Shown: positions 12,346 through 25,660, counted from the first letter of the whole stretch. The stretch is 61,785 nucleotides of DNA, filler included, from Sphacelaria rigidula (GCA_964200075.2; 3 parts of 3 records of this genome joined end to end with filler, not necessarily neighbours in it); one strand, 5' to 3'. A program made the numbers and translations. Notes: generated by a model from the letters alone, not told the origin.

Positions 12346-15300
12346 CCTTTCCGCCTACACACTGACGCTTGCAAGATCGGTCTCGGCTGTACACTTGAGC
12401 AGGAGCAATGGGATAAATCCATCCGCCCCATAGTCTATCTGAGCCGCACAACGTTCCCTAACGAACAAAATTGGAGCATTTTGGAGCAAGAAGCGGGCGC
12501 CGTTGTTTGGGGTGTTCGGCGTCTCCGTCACTATTTGTACGGTATTCCTTCCGTCACTTTGACCGACTACAAATCGTTGGGAAACCTCGCGAAAATGGCG
12601 AAGCATAATGCGAGAGTTCAGCGTTGGTTTGAAATCCTATCTTCTGACGGCTTTCAGTTGAAGTATCGGACCGGTCCGCAGAACGCTAACGCTGACTTCC
12701 TCTCGCGATTGCCGACACGTGCCACACCGATTGATTCCTCCCCCGCGGGACGCATAACAGACCCTACGGAGGATATCGTCTACTAAATCAGTCGCCGTGG
12801 TCATCTTGGTCTCTTGACGCCTCTCGTCTCCGATGAGACTACGGGTTTAAGCATGAGTGGGCTGGCACCTTCTGCCCCGAAAACGGCGCTAGGTGACTTG
12901 CCCCCCAAATCTTTCCTTTCGGTGTTTAAAAGTGCCAACACCAACCCAAGTACCATATCCGGATACGAACTTTTCAGAGTGACGGGCCGCCGCATCAATA
13001 CTGCCGCTGACCCGGAACTCACCGTCTCCCCATCTGTTTTCCCTGTACAAATACGCGATCTCATTTCTAGTAGAACGCGTGGTCGTAGAGCAGCGGAGGT
13101 CGCCGCGCACGCCGCTGTTTCTGGACCTGATCTTCCCCCGCCTTCCCCGCTTCCGGTGCCGGCGAGTTTCCTCGCCCCACCCCAACCGCGTCGATACAAG
13201 CCAACGCCCAGGGCGGGTTCACCCCCTGCTGGCCTGCCGACGATCGACGAATCCGCGGAGGACGATGCTCCTATCATGGACCTCTCCTGTACCAGTGCCT
13301 GTGCTGTCCCACAACATTCCACTCCCAAATCTCTCGGCGAGGCCGAAGCTGCAGGTACGGATCTATTGTCGGAACTCGCCCCCCCTTGTACCCTACCTTC
13401 CGCGGATGACAGTTCAGCAGACACCGTGAACGATGCCTACTACTGTCTCCTTGGCCCCGATGTCGAGAGTGAACGAAAAGAAAAATTAAGCTTGTTTTCC
13501 CGCCAAGACTGGGCGCGAGAACAATCAGACGAGCCCGTGTGCCGCGCATCTATACTCCATCTGTCCCAAAATTGCCCCGTTCCATTCCCCTCCGTGGATA
13601 TCCTCAAACGCGTCGGACGGCGCCGGGCACCCACGCATGATGAAGTTATTGAGCTGGCCCACAAAGGCAAACTGCATATGGATGATGATCGTACTGTACT
13701 TCTAGTCCGCAAACCCACGCGGACACCTCAGCCAAACCGCCCTACCGGTGGATATGCTCGCTTAGTCGGTCAAGAACCTCCTCGCATTTACGTGCCCATG
13801 CTCATGCGACCATGGGTCCTACACAAGTGTCATTCCAACGTTTCAACCCATCTGGGTACAACTCGGATGGCCCGGTTCATCGAGCGATTCTACTGGTGGG
13901 TAGGTATTGACCAATGTGTCCGTTGGTGGGTACGGCGTTGCTTGATATGTCAAGGAAGCGCAAGACGTCTCGCCAGACCGTGCGTTGGCCAGTCCTGTCC
14001 GTGCCGCTCCCCAATGGGCCCGGTGAAGTTATATCTTGGGACTATTTCTGACCGTTGCCCCTCACGGAGAGTGGTGACAAGTATATTTTGTTGATTACTG
14101 ATCGCTTCAGTCGCCACGCCTTCATGCACGCCGTCTCCGAAACCAGCTATTCCGCAGAGGGCACCGCCAATTTTCTGGTGTACAACTACATGCCACAATG
14201 GAGTGTCCCCCGGAAATTGTTGTCCGACAACGGCCAACACTTTTCTGGCAAACTTTCTGCTGCGGTTAGTGCACAGCTGGGTTCCCACCGCATTTTTACA
14301 AGTCCATATCACCCCCAAACGAACGGTGGAACGGAACGTGTCAACCATACGATGGCGCAAATGTTGTCAGCTGTCACCAACGCACGGCAAACGGATTGAG
14401 ATCTGCACCTGCCCTTCGTACAGATGGTCTACAACAACTCTGTCCACACTGCCACTGGCTTTGCACCAAATGAAATTCAAATTGGTCGCATGCCGAGGCT
14501 GCCGTTGACCATAATCGAGCGCCGCAACGTGGGCGGTCATTAGAGTTTGGACCGGGATATCAGGGAGTATCATGATCTTTTGAGTCATCGTCTGCGGTTG
14601 ACGTATGATGTGGTGCGCGAGCAAGACCAAATCAATTTGGCAAAAGCAGTTAGTGCCAATGCCACGTTGGATGCGGTGATGCATAAGCGCCCAGTGTGGA
14701 AGGTAGGTGAATGGGCGTGGGTGTACAACGATGTACAGACGATTCGCCAAGGAGCCAGCGCGAGTAAGGATTCGCCGGATAAGGTATTGAAGGCCAAGCT
14801 GTCCCTCAACTGGACTGGGCGGTGGAAAGTTTTGAATATTGAGCCAAGTGCTACAGCACCGGATGATCGAGCCATCGGGAAAACCTTTTGTACCTCGATT
14901 TCCCCACGGATGAAGCTGGGCCTACACAGAAAAACCGCGTGTCTGTCTGGCGCTGTAAACCCTGCACCGCCCCGCACGACACCACTGATATGCCCAAACC
15001 ATTGCCCGTAAGACTCAGCCAGTACGTCTTGACGAGGCATGCCAGCAAGTGGCCGCCTTTTCATGTCACGACTGAAGATGTTCAAGATCCTGTGGAACGC
15101 GTGGTAGTCGTTCATATCAGCGGACACCAACTGGTCCGCGGTCATGGTGGTAAACTAGCAGTGATGTACCAGACGCACTGGAAAGGATTGATGCGGGTCA
15201 CGTGGGAACGGGAAGTCGACCTACGGCATTTCCGTAGACAAATTCTGTTGTACTGAATAGTCGATGTTGCGCAACACCGTGCGTCGAACCGAAGATACAG

Positions 15301-15676
15301 GTCTATGCGGAAAGGAGCGGCGGCACGGGAGCTGGCCCGGGAGCATTCGGCACGGTTCGTCATGGCTTGCTATGGCCTTGTTTCGCGTGCGCAATACTTG
15401 CTTTCTTTTCGCAGGAAAAGTCTACCGAAAGGTGCGTACTTCTGGTACAAGGCGCAGGACTCTCTCTGTTGGCTGGGTAAGATTCACTCACCAGCACCTG
15501 ACTCCGACAACGCCTACTACATCTGCTTCCTCGATGAAGCCGGCCGCCTGAACCTCATTTTGGACGATGCTTACTACACTGAAGCACCGTCCGCTCGCCA
15601 CGGATCCTGGTGTCTCCAGCGTCATGACGACGGCAACATAGACAACGCCATCCTCCGGAATACCGGAAATTCATGA
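12340..15676 (+). pseudogene. pol: 5'-truncated Ty3/gypsy pol: RNase H, long spacer, integrase (HHCC + DDE), chromodomain, extra C-terminal domain
   Basis: RNase H PFRLHTDACKIGLG..EAGAVVWG..TDYK..NANADFLSR; zinc finger CH....HLG....YWW....C..C; integrase ITDRFS..LLSDNG.HF..YHPQTNGGTERVNHT; chromo-like HISGHQLVRG..MYQTHWKG..TWEREVDL; several stops and frameshifts. Confidence 0.93.
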
Positions 15677-17182
15677 AGAGAAGACGAGTCTTGATGTGTG
15701 CTGTCCTATTTTTCCCGTCATTTTTATTTTGTTGTATACGTATATGTGTGTGAGTATATGCGCATATCTATGTGCGTGTTTACCTGTATGTGTATTTGGA
15801 GGTATGTATGCGCATACGTGTGTATCTGGCCATGGTCGTGTTTCCATGCCATTCTGGAGCCAACGCATGTTGTAGGTCGGGTTGAACTAGTTCTGGAACT
15901 GTGATGCCCTTTTTCGAACACATTTGAGTCCCCAGACAAGGTGATACAAACGCCCTGGCACAAGCGTAGTTTTTTTTGTTCCGTTTCGACAGTTGGCTCG
16001 ACCCACTGTCATAGCCCGCCGTATGGTATTTGTGAAGACCCCACCTGGTGATATCTTGAGGACGTGTGTGTGTTCATCGTATTGAGTTGTGAGTTGCGAA
16101 TCTGTCGCAACTTCACTCTTCCGTCCTCGTTTGGCTCGACGTTTCTGGAGAACAGAGACTACGATTGTAGTATTGCCCTCCACTGTCGTCCATTTTATGA
16201 TGAGATACTCACTGTACTTGCTCCTTGCTAGCTGTGAGAGTCACAACCACCTTTTCTCTCGTTTAGTGTTTTGATTTTTCTTGCTTTTGTTCCTGAGTCT
16301 CTCCGACCTTCACGGAAGCCACGGTCACAGGCAGTTCTAATGGCCTGTCGGACGAGAGACACCCCACCCCGTCTCTTCTTTTCAACCAAACATTTGCGAA
16401 AACGGATGACCGATACCCCAAGGGCTTCCTCAGCAAATTGTCACGTGTTTTTAGGTATGATGGCGGTTTTTGTTTGTCGGCGTGTGCAAAACGGAAGACC
16501 ACTCCCCGCGGGCTTCCTCAGTACGCGCCGCGCGGCGATTATCGCCGCACGATCCTGGAGCTTCAATCGGCCATTGCTGCCGCTCCGAGATCATATACCG
16601 CGAGCTCTCTCGTTGGTCTTCCCACCAGTATGAGTTTTTGCATGCACTATTTCAATGTTGAAAGTGATGTCTTCTCGATCGTAATGCGTTGGCGGGCCCC
16701 TTGAAACACATGAATATGAAATCATATCGCGACTGTTGCGCTCCTCCTTGATGTACGTTCGACTGAGGATAAAACAGTTCCCGCCGTCTGAGGAATAGTC
16801 CGGCTTGAGTGGGGTTCCAGAGTGTTGGTCGTGAGACCATCCGCCTAACGCGCAAATGTTATCGACGGCGTGTAGTGTTTTTTTTTTATGTTGATGGGTT
16901 GGTATACCGTCCGGGTGACTTGCTTGTCTGGTAGGTTGTGGTTGGCAGACAAAGCGCCTTCCCTGTGTGTATCACAGCCTTGCTGATCGCACAACAACAG
17001 GCACCCTGCACCCGAGCTGGACCTCCGTTATTTGCCATGCTGCAGGAGTTTCTTTGCCCTTGATTCTTTTCATCCGTTTTTTTTCTGGTGTGGGAGATGG
17101 TGGTTAAACGTGAGCCTTCGAAGCTCTTCGAGCATCTACATGCTCACCTTTTAGAGTGGGCTATTAGTTTGGTATTTGAAGG

Positions 17183-17716
17183 AACTGGTGTCGATGAGGT
17201 ACCGTGGTGCTGTGTACATCAGAGGTCGGAGTAAATGAACGTTGGATATGACTCTTGGTCGGCTGCCGTGGCTCGTCAGCTTGTTAGAAGATACAGATAT
17301 ACCATGTGTTCTGGATAGTCAATGGGAGATACAGTATGGCTGATGTCTGCACATCGAATGATCATGTGCACAACAAAGAGTGTTCCAGGAACGTTCGTTG
17401 GATGGAGGATCTCTGCTCTTTGGTTATTGATTTGATGTGGATATAAAATCCAACTGGTGTCGATAAGGTACCGTGGTGCTGTGTACATCAGAGGTCGGAG
17501 TAAATGAACGTTGGATATGACTCTTGGTCGGCTGCCGTGGTTCGTTAGCTTGTTAGAAGATACAGATATACCATGTGTTCTGGATAGTCGATGGGAGATA
17601 CAGTATGGCTGATGTCTGCACATCGAATAATCATGTGCACAACAAAGAGTGTTCCAGGAACGTTCGTTGGATGGAGGATCTCTGCTCTTTGGTTATTGAT
17701 TTGATGTGGATATAAT
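17183..17716. repeat. Tandem duplication with a 269-bp period
   Basis: aactggtgtcgat..aggtaccgtggtgctgtgtacatcagaggtcgg starts at 17183 and again at 17452; the copies are nearly identical. Confidence 0.95.
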
Positions 17717-18039
17717 TCCTGCGTAAGGTGGTTACACCATCGCCCCAAGCGCAGGACATCGCCAGCCTTGCCACCGTTGCTCTGAGTTCCAAGTGAGTCC
17801 TTACTGGAGAGTTGTGGTCTTGGGGAATTACTGGCTCCGGTTAGTATTGTGCATTAGGAAGATATAATCTACTTTATTTGTGTGGACACCTGGATTCGAT
17901 TACTGCTGCTGTCACAGCATTGGATCTGTATTGATTTACTGCACTCTGCTGAGCGCTTTGCAACCTAGCTCCCACAGCTTGATCCTCTGTTCGTTAGAAC
18001 ATCAGGGCAAAGGTAGACTGAGGCTGCCTTCTCCAAAGC

Positions 18040-19514
18040 GTTTAGCTAGAAGTTCATAATATCCTCGCATGGACAGGGTGCGAAAGCATCGAGACGACGG
18101 TGAGGAAGAGGAGACTCGATGTTGCCGGTTTCGTCACGCGCATGTCACCCGGACGGATAGCGAAACACGTCATGTTCGGTGAAATTATAGCCGTGAAGGG
18201 GCAAGAAAGAGAGTGTTGAACGGCAGGCACAAGGACTGGATCCAGTGCCTAGCGGAAGACATGGAGGCGCTCGGTATCGAATGGCAGGGGTGGACTACCA
18301 GAGCCTTGAATGCAGTAGAGTGGCACAGCTGTGATGAACAGGGAGCAGAAAGGCTTATGGTGGACTGGTGTCAAAAGGATGACAACACGGGATCTTACAA
18401 ATTGAGGATGGATCTTTTATTGGGGATGAGAAACCCGGGGAATTAAACTCTTCGTATCCACACCAAATATTCGAGATATGGTTCCATTTCTTCACCTACT
18501 GATAGCTATTGACAACTGCTATACGCCGTAGAAAGTTGGATTTCGAGCACCGAAATGTTGGGGTCCTAGGTGAAAAACCAATTTTGGGGAATTTCGGGTG
18601 TCCGAACGGACGCCAGAATGGTTCCGAGATTGATTTTTCACCTAGGACCCCAACATTTCCGTGATCGAAACCCAACCTTCAATTGCGTGTAGCAGTTGTA
18701 AATAGCTATCAGTAGGTGAAGAAATGGAACTATATTTCGAAGATTTGGGTGGATACGAAGATTTGAATTATCCGGGTTTCTCATCCCCAATAAAAGATCC
18801 ATCCCCAATTTGTAGGATCCCGTGTTTGACGCAGGGGCAGCGATACGGCACGCGAAAGCTGCAGGCCAAGATCCACCGACAGCACCTAGGAACTACAGTA
18901 CCAACAGCAACTCATCATAGCCTACACCAGATACGCAGAGCATTGTGTTCGGTCCCTATCTTTACTTTGTTCATCTTTCGTTCCCTGTGGTTTCTTCTTT
19001 TTTTTGTCTGTTTTTGTTTCGTCTGTGCTTCCCCCCGCCGGAACGAGCCTGGCTCTGTCTTCTTGTCTCTTGTATTCCTTTTTTTACGTTATATTCTTTT
19101 ATTTTTCTCTTCTTTCATTCTTCTTTCATTTTTTTCGTCTTTCTCCTTCTTTTTCTGATCACGAGCTGGAATGTTGCAATCAGCCACGTAATGCGCGACC
19201 ATCATCTTTTTGTGTTCGTGCTTTAGTTTGTGTTCGTGTATGTTTGTCTTTATTGTGTTGTTCTAGCTGTTGTTGCTTGTTCTTATTGTTGTTTGTTGTT
19301 GTTGGGGGTGGTGTTATTTTTGCTGTTATCGCTGCTATTTTTGTATTTTTTCTTTTTTCCGCTCTTCTTTTATTTCCTTTCTGAGGCCGTTGCTTCTGTC
19401 TTTTTCTGTTCCTTTCTTTCTTATTTCCTTTTATGTTATTCTGTTCTATTCTTGCTGCTCCTGACCACGGGCTAGATTGTTGCAATCAGCTAATGTGAGA
19501 TAATCAATCAATCA
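18040..19514 (+). mobile_element. 5'-truncated RTE-like LINE 3' end with T-rich 3' UTR and (CAAT)n tail
   Basis: Translation, with frameshifts, gives C.SIETTVRKRRL..AGFVTRM...RIAKHVMFGE..KDWIQCLAEDMEALGIEW.GW...A.....W; pyrimidine-rich UTR at 18950-19480; taatcaatcaatca at 19501-19514. Confidence 0.75.
18384..18826. mobile_element. 443-bp foldback MITE with 4-bp TSD (TGAC)
   Basis: aacacgggatcttacaaattgaggatggatcttttattggggatgagaaacccgg is mirrored by ccgggtttctcatccccaataaaagatccatccccaatttgtaggatcccgtgtt; arms ~200 bp; TGAC at 18380-18383 and 18827-18830. Confidence 0.92.
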
Positions 19515-19639
19515 CTCAGTCTCCAAGCCTCAGTGAAAGAGGAAGCCCTTGGAGCAGTCTTGTGACCTTGTTCTGAGTCCAGGAGGGCTCTGAGGGCTCT
19601 ATAACAGACAAGTCGGCGAGACACATATTTCCTCTTTTT

Positions 19640-20540
19640 CTACGCGTATACCCCCAGATGGAAACCCTGATAACTCACCCGGTTTAAGCGATCTTCACGA
19701 TGACGTCGCCTCAGATGTCCAGCGCGGGACTGTTTCTCCCGATACGATCTGCTGTACGCCACCAGTAGAAATGACCGGTTCTGGTGGTAGCATCGCTCCA
19801 CTGCTGGGAGCACCACCTCCATTGGTTGAAAATACAGCCCTTGTACCGGCACATCTCTTGCCCCCTCCTCCTCGTGGCACCTGTCCAGGGCCCTGCGCGA
19901 CAGCTGCTCCTGTTGTTGCTGCGTGTCGCCGGCCTTCGACTGCCCATCTGCAGTATGTTGTGGAGCAGCAGCTTGGCTTTGCTGCTCACGATCCTTCACT
20001 AATTGGCCCTTGTCTCCACATGAGAAACATCCTGCATAGCTTGGGCCCGGTTTCCGAGATTTCCCGGGATTGGCAGTCTCACTGCCAGTGGTCGCCGTTT
20101 CTCCATCATTCGGTTCGCGCTTGGATCCGGAGGTCCCGCTGCCGCCTTTCTGTTTCAGCTGCGGCTGGTAACGGCGCTGTTTACCAGCTGCTTTTACCGT
20201 CTTCCATGCCTCTGCTGCTTCCCGAGCCGTATCATAGACGAGCCCACGGTACGCAAGCAGCTTCGGCCATGGCACTTGTGGCAGAAGCTTTTAAACGGCA
20301 GCCCAAGCATGATGAGCAGTTCAGAAGAAAAAACACCGTCGTCAGGGTGCGGCGTTTTTTTAACAGGAGAGCGTGCCTCTGAGCGCTACGGAACACGTTC
20401 TAAAGTATGCTGAAAACATACTTCTTTGGACTACTCGTAGCCATCGAGTTTTTGAGCGCCTCTTGTTGAGTATCTGAGAGACACTTCATACTGCTGCGCC
20501 AACGATGACCGCCGTCAGCGAAACGATCCAATACGGCGAC
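19640..20540 (-). pseudogene. Degenerate retrotransposon gag with zinc-knuckle remnant
   Basis: The ORF at 19640-20275 contains GCFSCGDKGQLVKD, a decayed CX2CX4HX4C; the sequence runs into an assembly gap. Confidence 0.65.
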
Positions 20541-20559
20541 AGACGCCAGCGATGTTTGA

Positions 20560-20659
20560 NNNNNNNNNNNNNNNNNNNNNNNNNNNNNNNNNNNNNNNNN
20601 NNNTTAATTAATTAANNNNNNNNNNNNNNNNNNNNNNNNNNNNNNNNNNNNNNNNNNNN
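20560..20659. other. Assembly gap with artificial TTAATTAATTAA spacer
   Basis: 100-bp N run with a central ttaattaattaa; the same construct occurs at 41191-41290. Confidence 0.97.
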
Positions 20660-20937
20660 GTAAGGTTTTACAGGTATCTCACCACGAGACCCCGACCTCC
20701 ATGTGAATTTGACATGGAGGGGGGTGGCGAGGACCGTCAAGAGGAAGTGGAGAGGGTGAGACACCTGGGGTGTTTCTCTGGTGCGACTCGTTTCGTTGAT
20801 GGCCAATCAAAGTATTCGGGTTTTTTTCAATGTAGAAGATGGCGTGATCGATAGGTATGTACACGAATTCGCAGATATCTTCCCACTCAAATCTTCCAAC
20901 ACGCCTGACAAGGGAGTTCCATTTCAGATCGCTACCG

Positions 20938-20968
<31 letters not shown>

Positions 20969-22286
20969 CCCCCCCCTTTCCCTCCCCCCCTTCCGCCACA
21001 ACAGAGTAGGTGTTTNNNNNNNNNNCAACTCTCCCCCCCCCCCCCCCCCCCCCCCCTCCCAACGGAGGATCTATTTACACGCGCACCCCCCCCCCCCCCC
21101 CCCCCCCCACTCATGTTTACCCGTGCTCTCTTTTCGACATCGTCTGAAGAAATGAAAGTGGTTTTCTATGCCATGTTTTCCACGAGATGCCCGCGATATC
21201 TTAACAACGTACGTGGTGCGTGCTCGCAGCGTGCGTTCCCGCTGTGGTTGTTGTCTTCGATTTTGCCTCGTCTTGGTGTATGAGCAACACGGCGCCTGTC
21301 TCCTCAACCCTAACGTGTCTTTATTGTCTCGCTTCCTGCCAACCACACCATGTCCTCCTCACCCCCTTGAACACTTGCGCTCCCACTCTCTTTTCCTCCC
21401 CATATCGACAAACACCAACCATGGCCTTCAAAATTCTCTTGATATCGCAGGTTTGTCGGTTACATAATTACCAGGGCGGTTTTACCTCGTGCCGACGTGG
21501 CTTCGATATGTTGCGTTTCATCTGTGACACAGGCGTCACAGACGTTCAGAAAACAAAGGATGAGTCAACTTGATTAATTTACAGCAATACCTCGCCCGCT
21601 GAAGCAGATACTGTCTCGGCATGTTTGATTTCCTAGGCTAGGCACGCTCACCGTTGTTAATCGTGGTACCTGACACCAGGAGTTAGTTACACCAAGCGGT
21701 CCGGATCGTTCTCGCTGCGTGATATCGCTCATTCATTTCATCTCTGAGCCATGCGTAGAACGCAGCGTTGTTCCTGGCTCATCCGGGTGATGTATTCGTT
21801 TTGTTCTATGCTCTTTTTTGCCAGACTTCAAACGGACTCGAGACGGACGTGGTAGACCTCACCACTAGCGACGCCACAGACCCGCCCACCCGTATCTCAG
21901 GTGACGACAGGGTTGAGGTGAGCACAACATAGCGGCAGACAAATAGAGACGGGCATGTTGGACACATACACCGCGCCCGCCCGACAAGAATGAGTACTCC
22001 GTCGGTGTATGCCAAACATCACCAATTCCGTACGACTGGGTCATGCCAATCTAAGGGTTTGTTAACCTCGTCTTGTTTTGCGGCATGCTATACCCGAACT
22101 CGGTTCCTTCGTTTGTGGAGTGATTATTATCAAGCAACTTTTTATTTCACTGTACTATCCTGAAGAACAAACAAGCCCGATACTTGCCACCTCTAGAGAG
22201 CCTCATTTGTTGCTTCGTCAGAATCACTGACTGACTGACATGCACCCACACCTTTCGACGCTCGTTTCCTGATCTCGTGCTCGCGT

Positions 22287-22974
22287 TTGCCACAGTGGCA
22301 ACCAACCGTGTTCTCTCAGAGTACATGTGTTGCTGACATCCCCGGTGATGACGACATACTGGCCGTCAAAAGTATCTCACGGAAGGGGGAACGAGTGGAC
22401 CGCGCCCGCCGTGACCAGGACTACCTCAAGTCCCTCGAGATATACGAGCAAGTATACCGGGATGGTGTCGAATCTCCGCGGTCAGTATTCTGTAGCTTCA
22501 CCTCGAGTATACCCGACTCGCCCAATAAGACGCGGGCCGGAGCCCTAAGGCAGCCCGTTCGACAAATGCCGTGCGAAGGTGTCTCTGAGGGAGTTGAGAC
22601 AGCCGGCCCTCCAGGAGGCGATCAGGACTGAGTATCCCCAGGTGGACACCGCAGAGCACCGGGCGCTCTTCCAGCCACCCGGCGGAGCGTCACGGGAGGT
22701 CTCGGTAGTGAAGATAGTGTACGACAAGGGGGGCCAGGGCGGCGGAACACCCGTCCCCAAGGATAGCACGGTGTTCAGCAGCCGTTAGGTGTCAAGCACG
22801 TTCGACCATAGGTTCATTGGGGGTCCTCAGAACGGGGGTTCCGCTTTGCGCGGGGCCAGCCGCATGGAGTTGGTCCGATCCCCCGGGGATCTGCAGACCG
22901 CGCCAACAGACAAGATTCATCATGTGTTCGTGTTGGACCTCTTGACGGCGATCTTCTACACACACAGCATGTAG
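22287..22974 (+). pseudogene. Degenerate coding-like segment, unknown product
   Basis: Chained GC-rich ORFs (22287-22631, 22579-22788, 22789-22974) with protein-like composition, joined by a frameshift and stops; no recognised motif. Confidence 0.35.
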
Positions 22975-23409
22975 GCAATCGTTGAGTTGTGCTCACTGCT
23001 TCTTGGTACACCGCCGTGGGTTGTTTAAATAGACGTTTTATAGAACCCTCCTCCGTAGAGAATGGTCCCGTGGCAATGGTTTCTTTTATTCCTGTTTGGG
23101 CAGGAATGCAAAGAGTTTGTGAGCTGGGCTCCAATGAGGTAGGGTAAGGTCGAGAGTGTGGTCAAGCCATCGTGGGCTGTTTTGCTCCGACCCTTAAGAT
23201 TCGTACAACAGTTCGCAGCAGGTGATAGAATCGCGGTGCTCAGACCTGGATCCAATGGAGCACCATAGCCCTTACAGTATATTTACTGGTTGCACGCACA
23301 TCTATACTGCTAAGAAGATTCGATATCGTGGTCTACAACAGTTTTTGTATGTTTGTCACGGTATATGACTGGTTTAGGTGTTATTGACGCACATCCTACC
23401 ACTTATGCT

Positions 23410-23749
23410 CAATGTCGTACAAATTGCCAACCTCGCGCATCCAGCGAGGAAGACTTGGCCGATCAGGATACTTTCCGGAACAACTTCGGAGGCATCCCCA
23501 TATCCGATGGCGGTAGAGTATCCACCGCCATGCTCAGGTGGACGGTGTCCCGGGACAAGGCAAACCGGACCTGGTACTATCTCGTGGCCGAAGACGATAA
23601 CTGGGAGTACTGCTGGCCAGGACCCTCGCACGTGGCGATCAGACAGGGCGTTTGTTTTGTTGGGTACAAAAATCTCGATCGCTGGGAGGTAGACAACGGC
23701 GGCCTCGAGGTCGGGAAAGGAGGCGACTTCTCAACACCACAAAGAAAGG
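23410..23749 (+). pseudogene. Exon-like coding segment, unknown product
   Basis: Open frame DLADQDTFRNNFGG..RTWYYLVAEDDNWEYCWPGP..DRWEVDNGGLEVGKGG ending at a donor-like gg|gtatga. Confidence 0.35.
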
Positions 23750-24955
23750 GTATGAAATATTTATTCGATGTCTTGTCGGCAGGCAGAGTCAATTTGGTGC
23801 CCATTATGTTTGTTGCTGCTGTTGTTATTGTTGTTGTTGTTGTTGTTGACTTGTACAGTGTAAATCGTTAAACAATCTAAAATTACTATACACGCTCGCG
23901 ATTCTAGGCCGATACCGCGACATCGGCCAGACCGAAGGCGAGACCGTGGGCGGGGCGAAGGAGCTAGAGGCGGCGCAAAGAGAGCCTTTGCTGTCGCACA
24001 CACCGAGGAGGAAGAGGCTGCGGCGAGTACGCTGTTGGACAGCGCGACGAAGAGGCGGAAACTTCTGGTAAAAGTCAGAGACCAGCAGAGTCTTGGCGGT
24101 AAGCTCAGGTATAAGTCGTTCGATGTGTTGAATTCTCGGTGTTTGCCTGTCTGTTGTTGTTGTCCACAAAGTTTGGTACCATTGAAGCGCATCCTGACAC
24201 CGAACATTTGCTCACCCGGTCTTACCCGTGTGCCATTCACCCGACGCAAACCACCTCATCACCGCTCCCTCTTTCTGACACTACCAAGGCGTGCACCTGA
24301 CTCGTTGCATGAAGTTTTTCGCCGAGTATGACGCCGCAAAAGCGTGTGATTTGACTTTTGGAATAAAGATTTGACCGTAGATCGAACGCGATGCCTTGAA
24401 ATCATGTTTTTGCTGAAATTTGGCTTGTTCGCGTCGGATATCGTGCGATCAACACTGGCCAGGAGAGCACCCCATGATATTTACTTGGACGGGCATGAGT
24501 TGCCCTACTTGTTACCAAAGATATGTTCGTGTGTTGTGTGCAGGAGTTGAGTCGTATTTATTCGGGTGCTTGCGTTAAGACCGTGGCGCGCAGCTGTCCA
24601 TTTGAATGTAATGCTGTGGCCTCGGGGTCAAAGATTCGATTATCAGCTTATCGTTGCCTCTGTTGTTGGATATTATTACGATGTCAACGACGGTACAGAG
24701 ATACCTCAGGGGGCGATGGTCGACCTCAAATTGCAACCGCCCACATTATTAATCGAATGCGTAAATACTCAGGAGTATAAAACGTAACCTGTTCACAGCA
24801 TGCGATGCCACAAAATGCGTGCATTTTGACCCTTTGAGTGAAATTGAGCTTGACGCGGACAGCGAGCTGGACCCCGGGAAGCTCTGTTGCATGTGCATCA
24901 CCAAATTATACGTCACTTCAGACCTCACATCGGTTACCCGTCCTGTTCATCAGGT

Positions 24956-25426
24956 ATGAACAGCAGTACTCCCGGTTTCGGCCGCGTGGGCAAGCCTTTC
25001 AACAGCGGCGACGGGGCCGCTGCGCGGGACTTCAGCGCGGAGGGCGCGGGAGACGAGTATCACGGACTCCACCTCGACACCCCGATGAAAGATCTCGCCG
25101 CGCGACTTCAACGCCTAGTGCAGCCGGATGGCACCCTAGAGGAATCGCCCCCGCTCTGTGACATCAAGGTGAAACCCGAATACCCTGGCCTCACCAAAAA
25201 CAAAGGGACATTTGGCCTTGACCGGGACGGTGGGCATATTATGGGATACCACAGCAGCAACAAGTCGAACACGTGCATGAAAGGCGGAACCATCCCAGTC
25301 ATCACAACCAAGCCGCCCCACAGAGTGCCTTTCTTCGCCATCGCTCCCCTGCGCGCGGGCAAGATTGTGTCAAACAAGGTGTACAATGAGAAGGAGAGGA
25401 AGCTCGCGAAGCAGAACCAGTGGTAA
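24956..25426 (+). CDS. Hypothetical protein or exon of unknown function
   Basis: Open frame of ~156 codons with coding-like C/G-ending codons (MNSSTPGFG..LHLDTPMKDLAARL..VPFFAIAPLRAG). Confidence 0.35.
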   Translation: MNSSTPGFGRVGKPFNSGDGAAARDFSAEGAGDEYHGLHLDTPMKDLAARLQRLVQPDGTLEESPPLCDIKVKPEYPGLTKNKGTFGLDRDGGHIMGYHSSNKSNTCMKGGTIPVITTKPPHRVPFFAIAPLRAGKIVSNKVYNEKERKLAKQNQW

Positions 25427-25620
25427 ACGGTGGCGGTTTTCCCGAGTCACGCCCATCGTGTGGCCCCGGGAACCACTTTCTTCTACCCCTCGTCCTCGCG
25501 GTAGTCGTATGCGCTCTTCTTCCGCGTTTCGACTGTCTGTGGTTGTTGCCGCAGTCAATCCAGGAAAAACACCGTGATCATAGTGTCTCCTACCCCATCA
25601 CTTCTGTTCCGGGCATGGGG

Positions 25621-25625
<5 letters not shown>

Positions 25626-25660
<35 letters not shown>

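Larger units (their letters stand above)
17162..19606 (+). mobile_element. Probable 3' LTR of the gypsy element, interrupted by a LINE and a MITE
   Basis: Purine-rich tract agagtggg at 17153-17160, then tattag (degenerate TGTTA); ends ..ctataaCA at 19606; the segment 19520-19580 is shared with repeats at ~5560-5630. Confidence 0.55.

Noticed and set aside
18724-19485. Hydrophobic ORFs resembling membrane proteins
   Set aside because: They arise from the T-rich low-complexity LINE 3' UTR and a MITE arm
20604-20615. TTAATTAATTAA palindrome (also within 41191-41290) as a telomere-resolution or TE site
   Set aside because: It is embedded in N runs in identical form twice, so it is an assembly spacer
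20930-21110. Poly-C tracts encoding Pro/Gly-rich proteins
   Set aside because: Low-quality homopolymer sequence next to gaps
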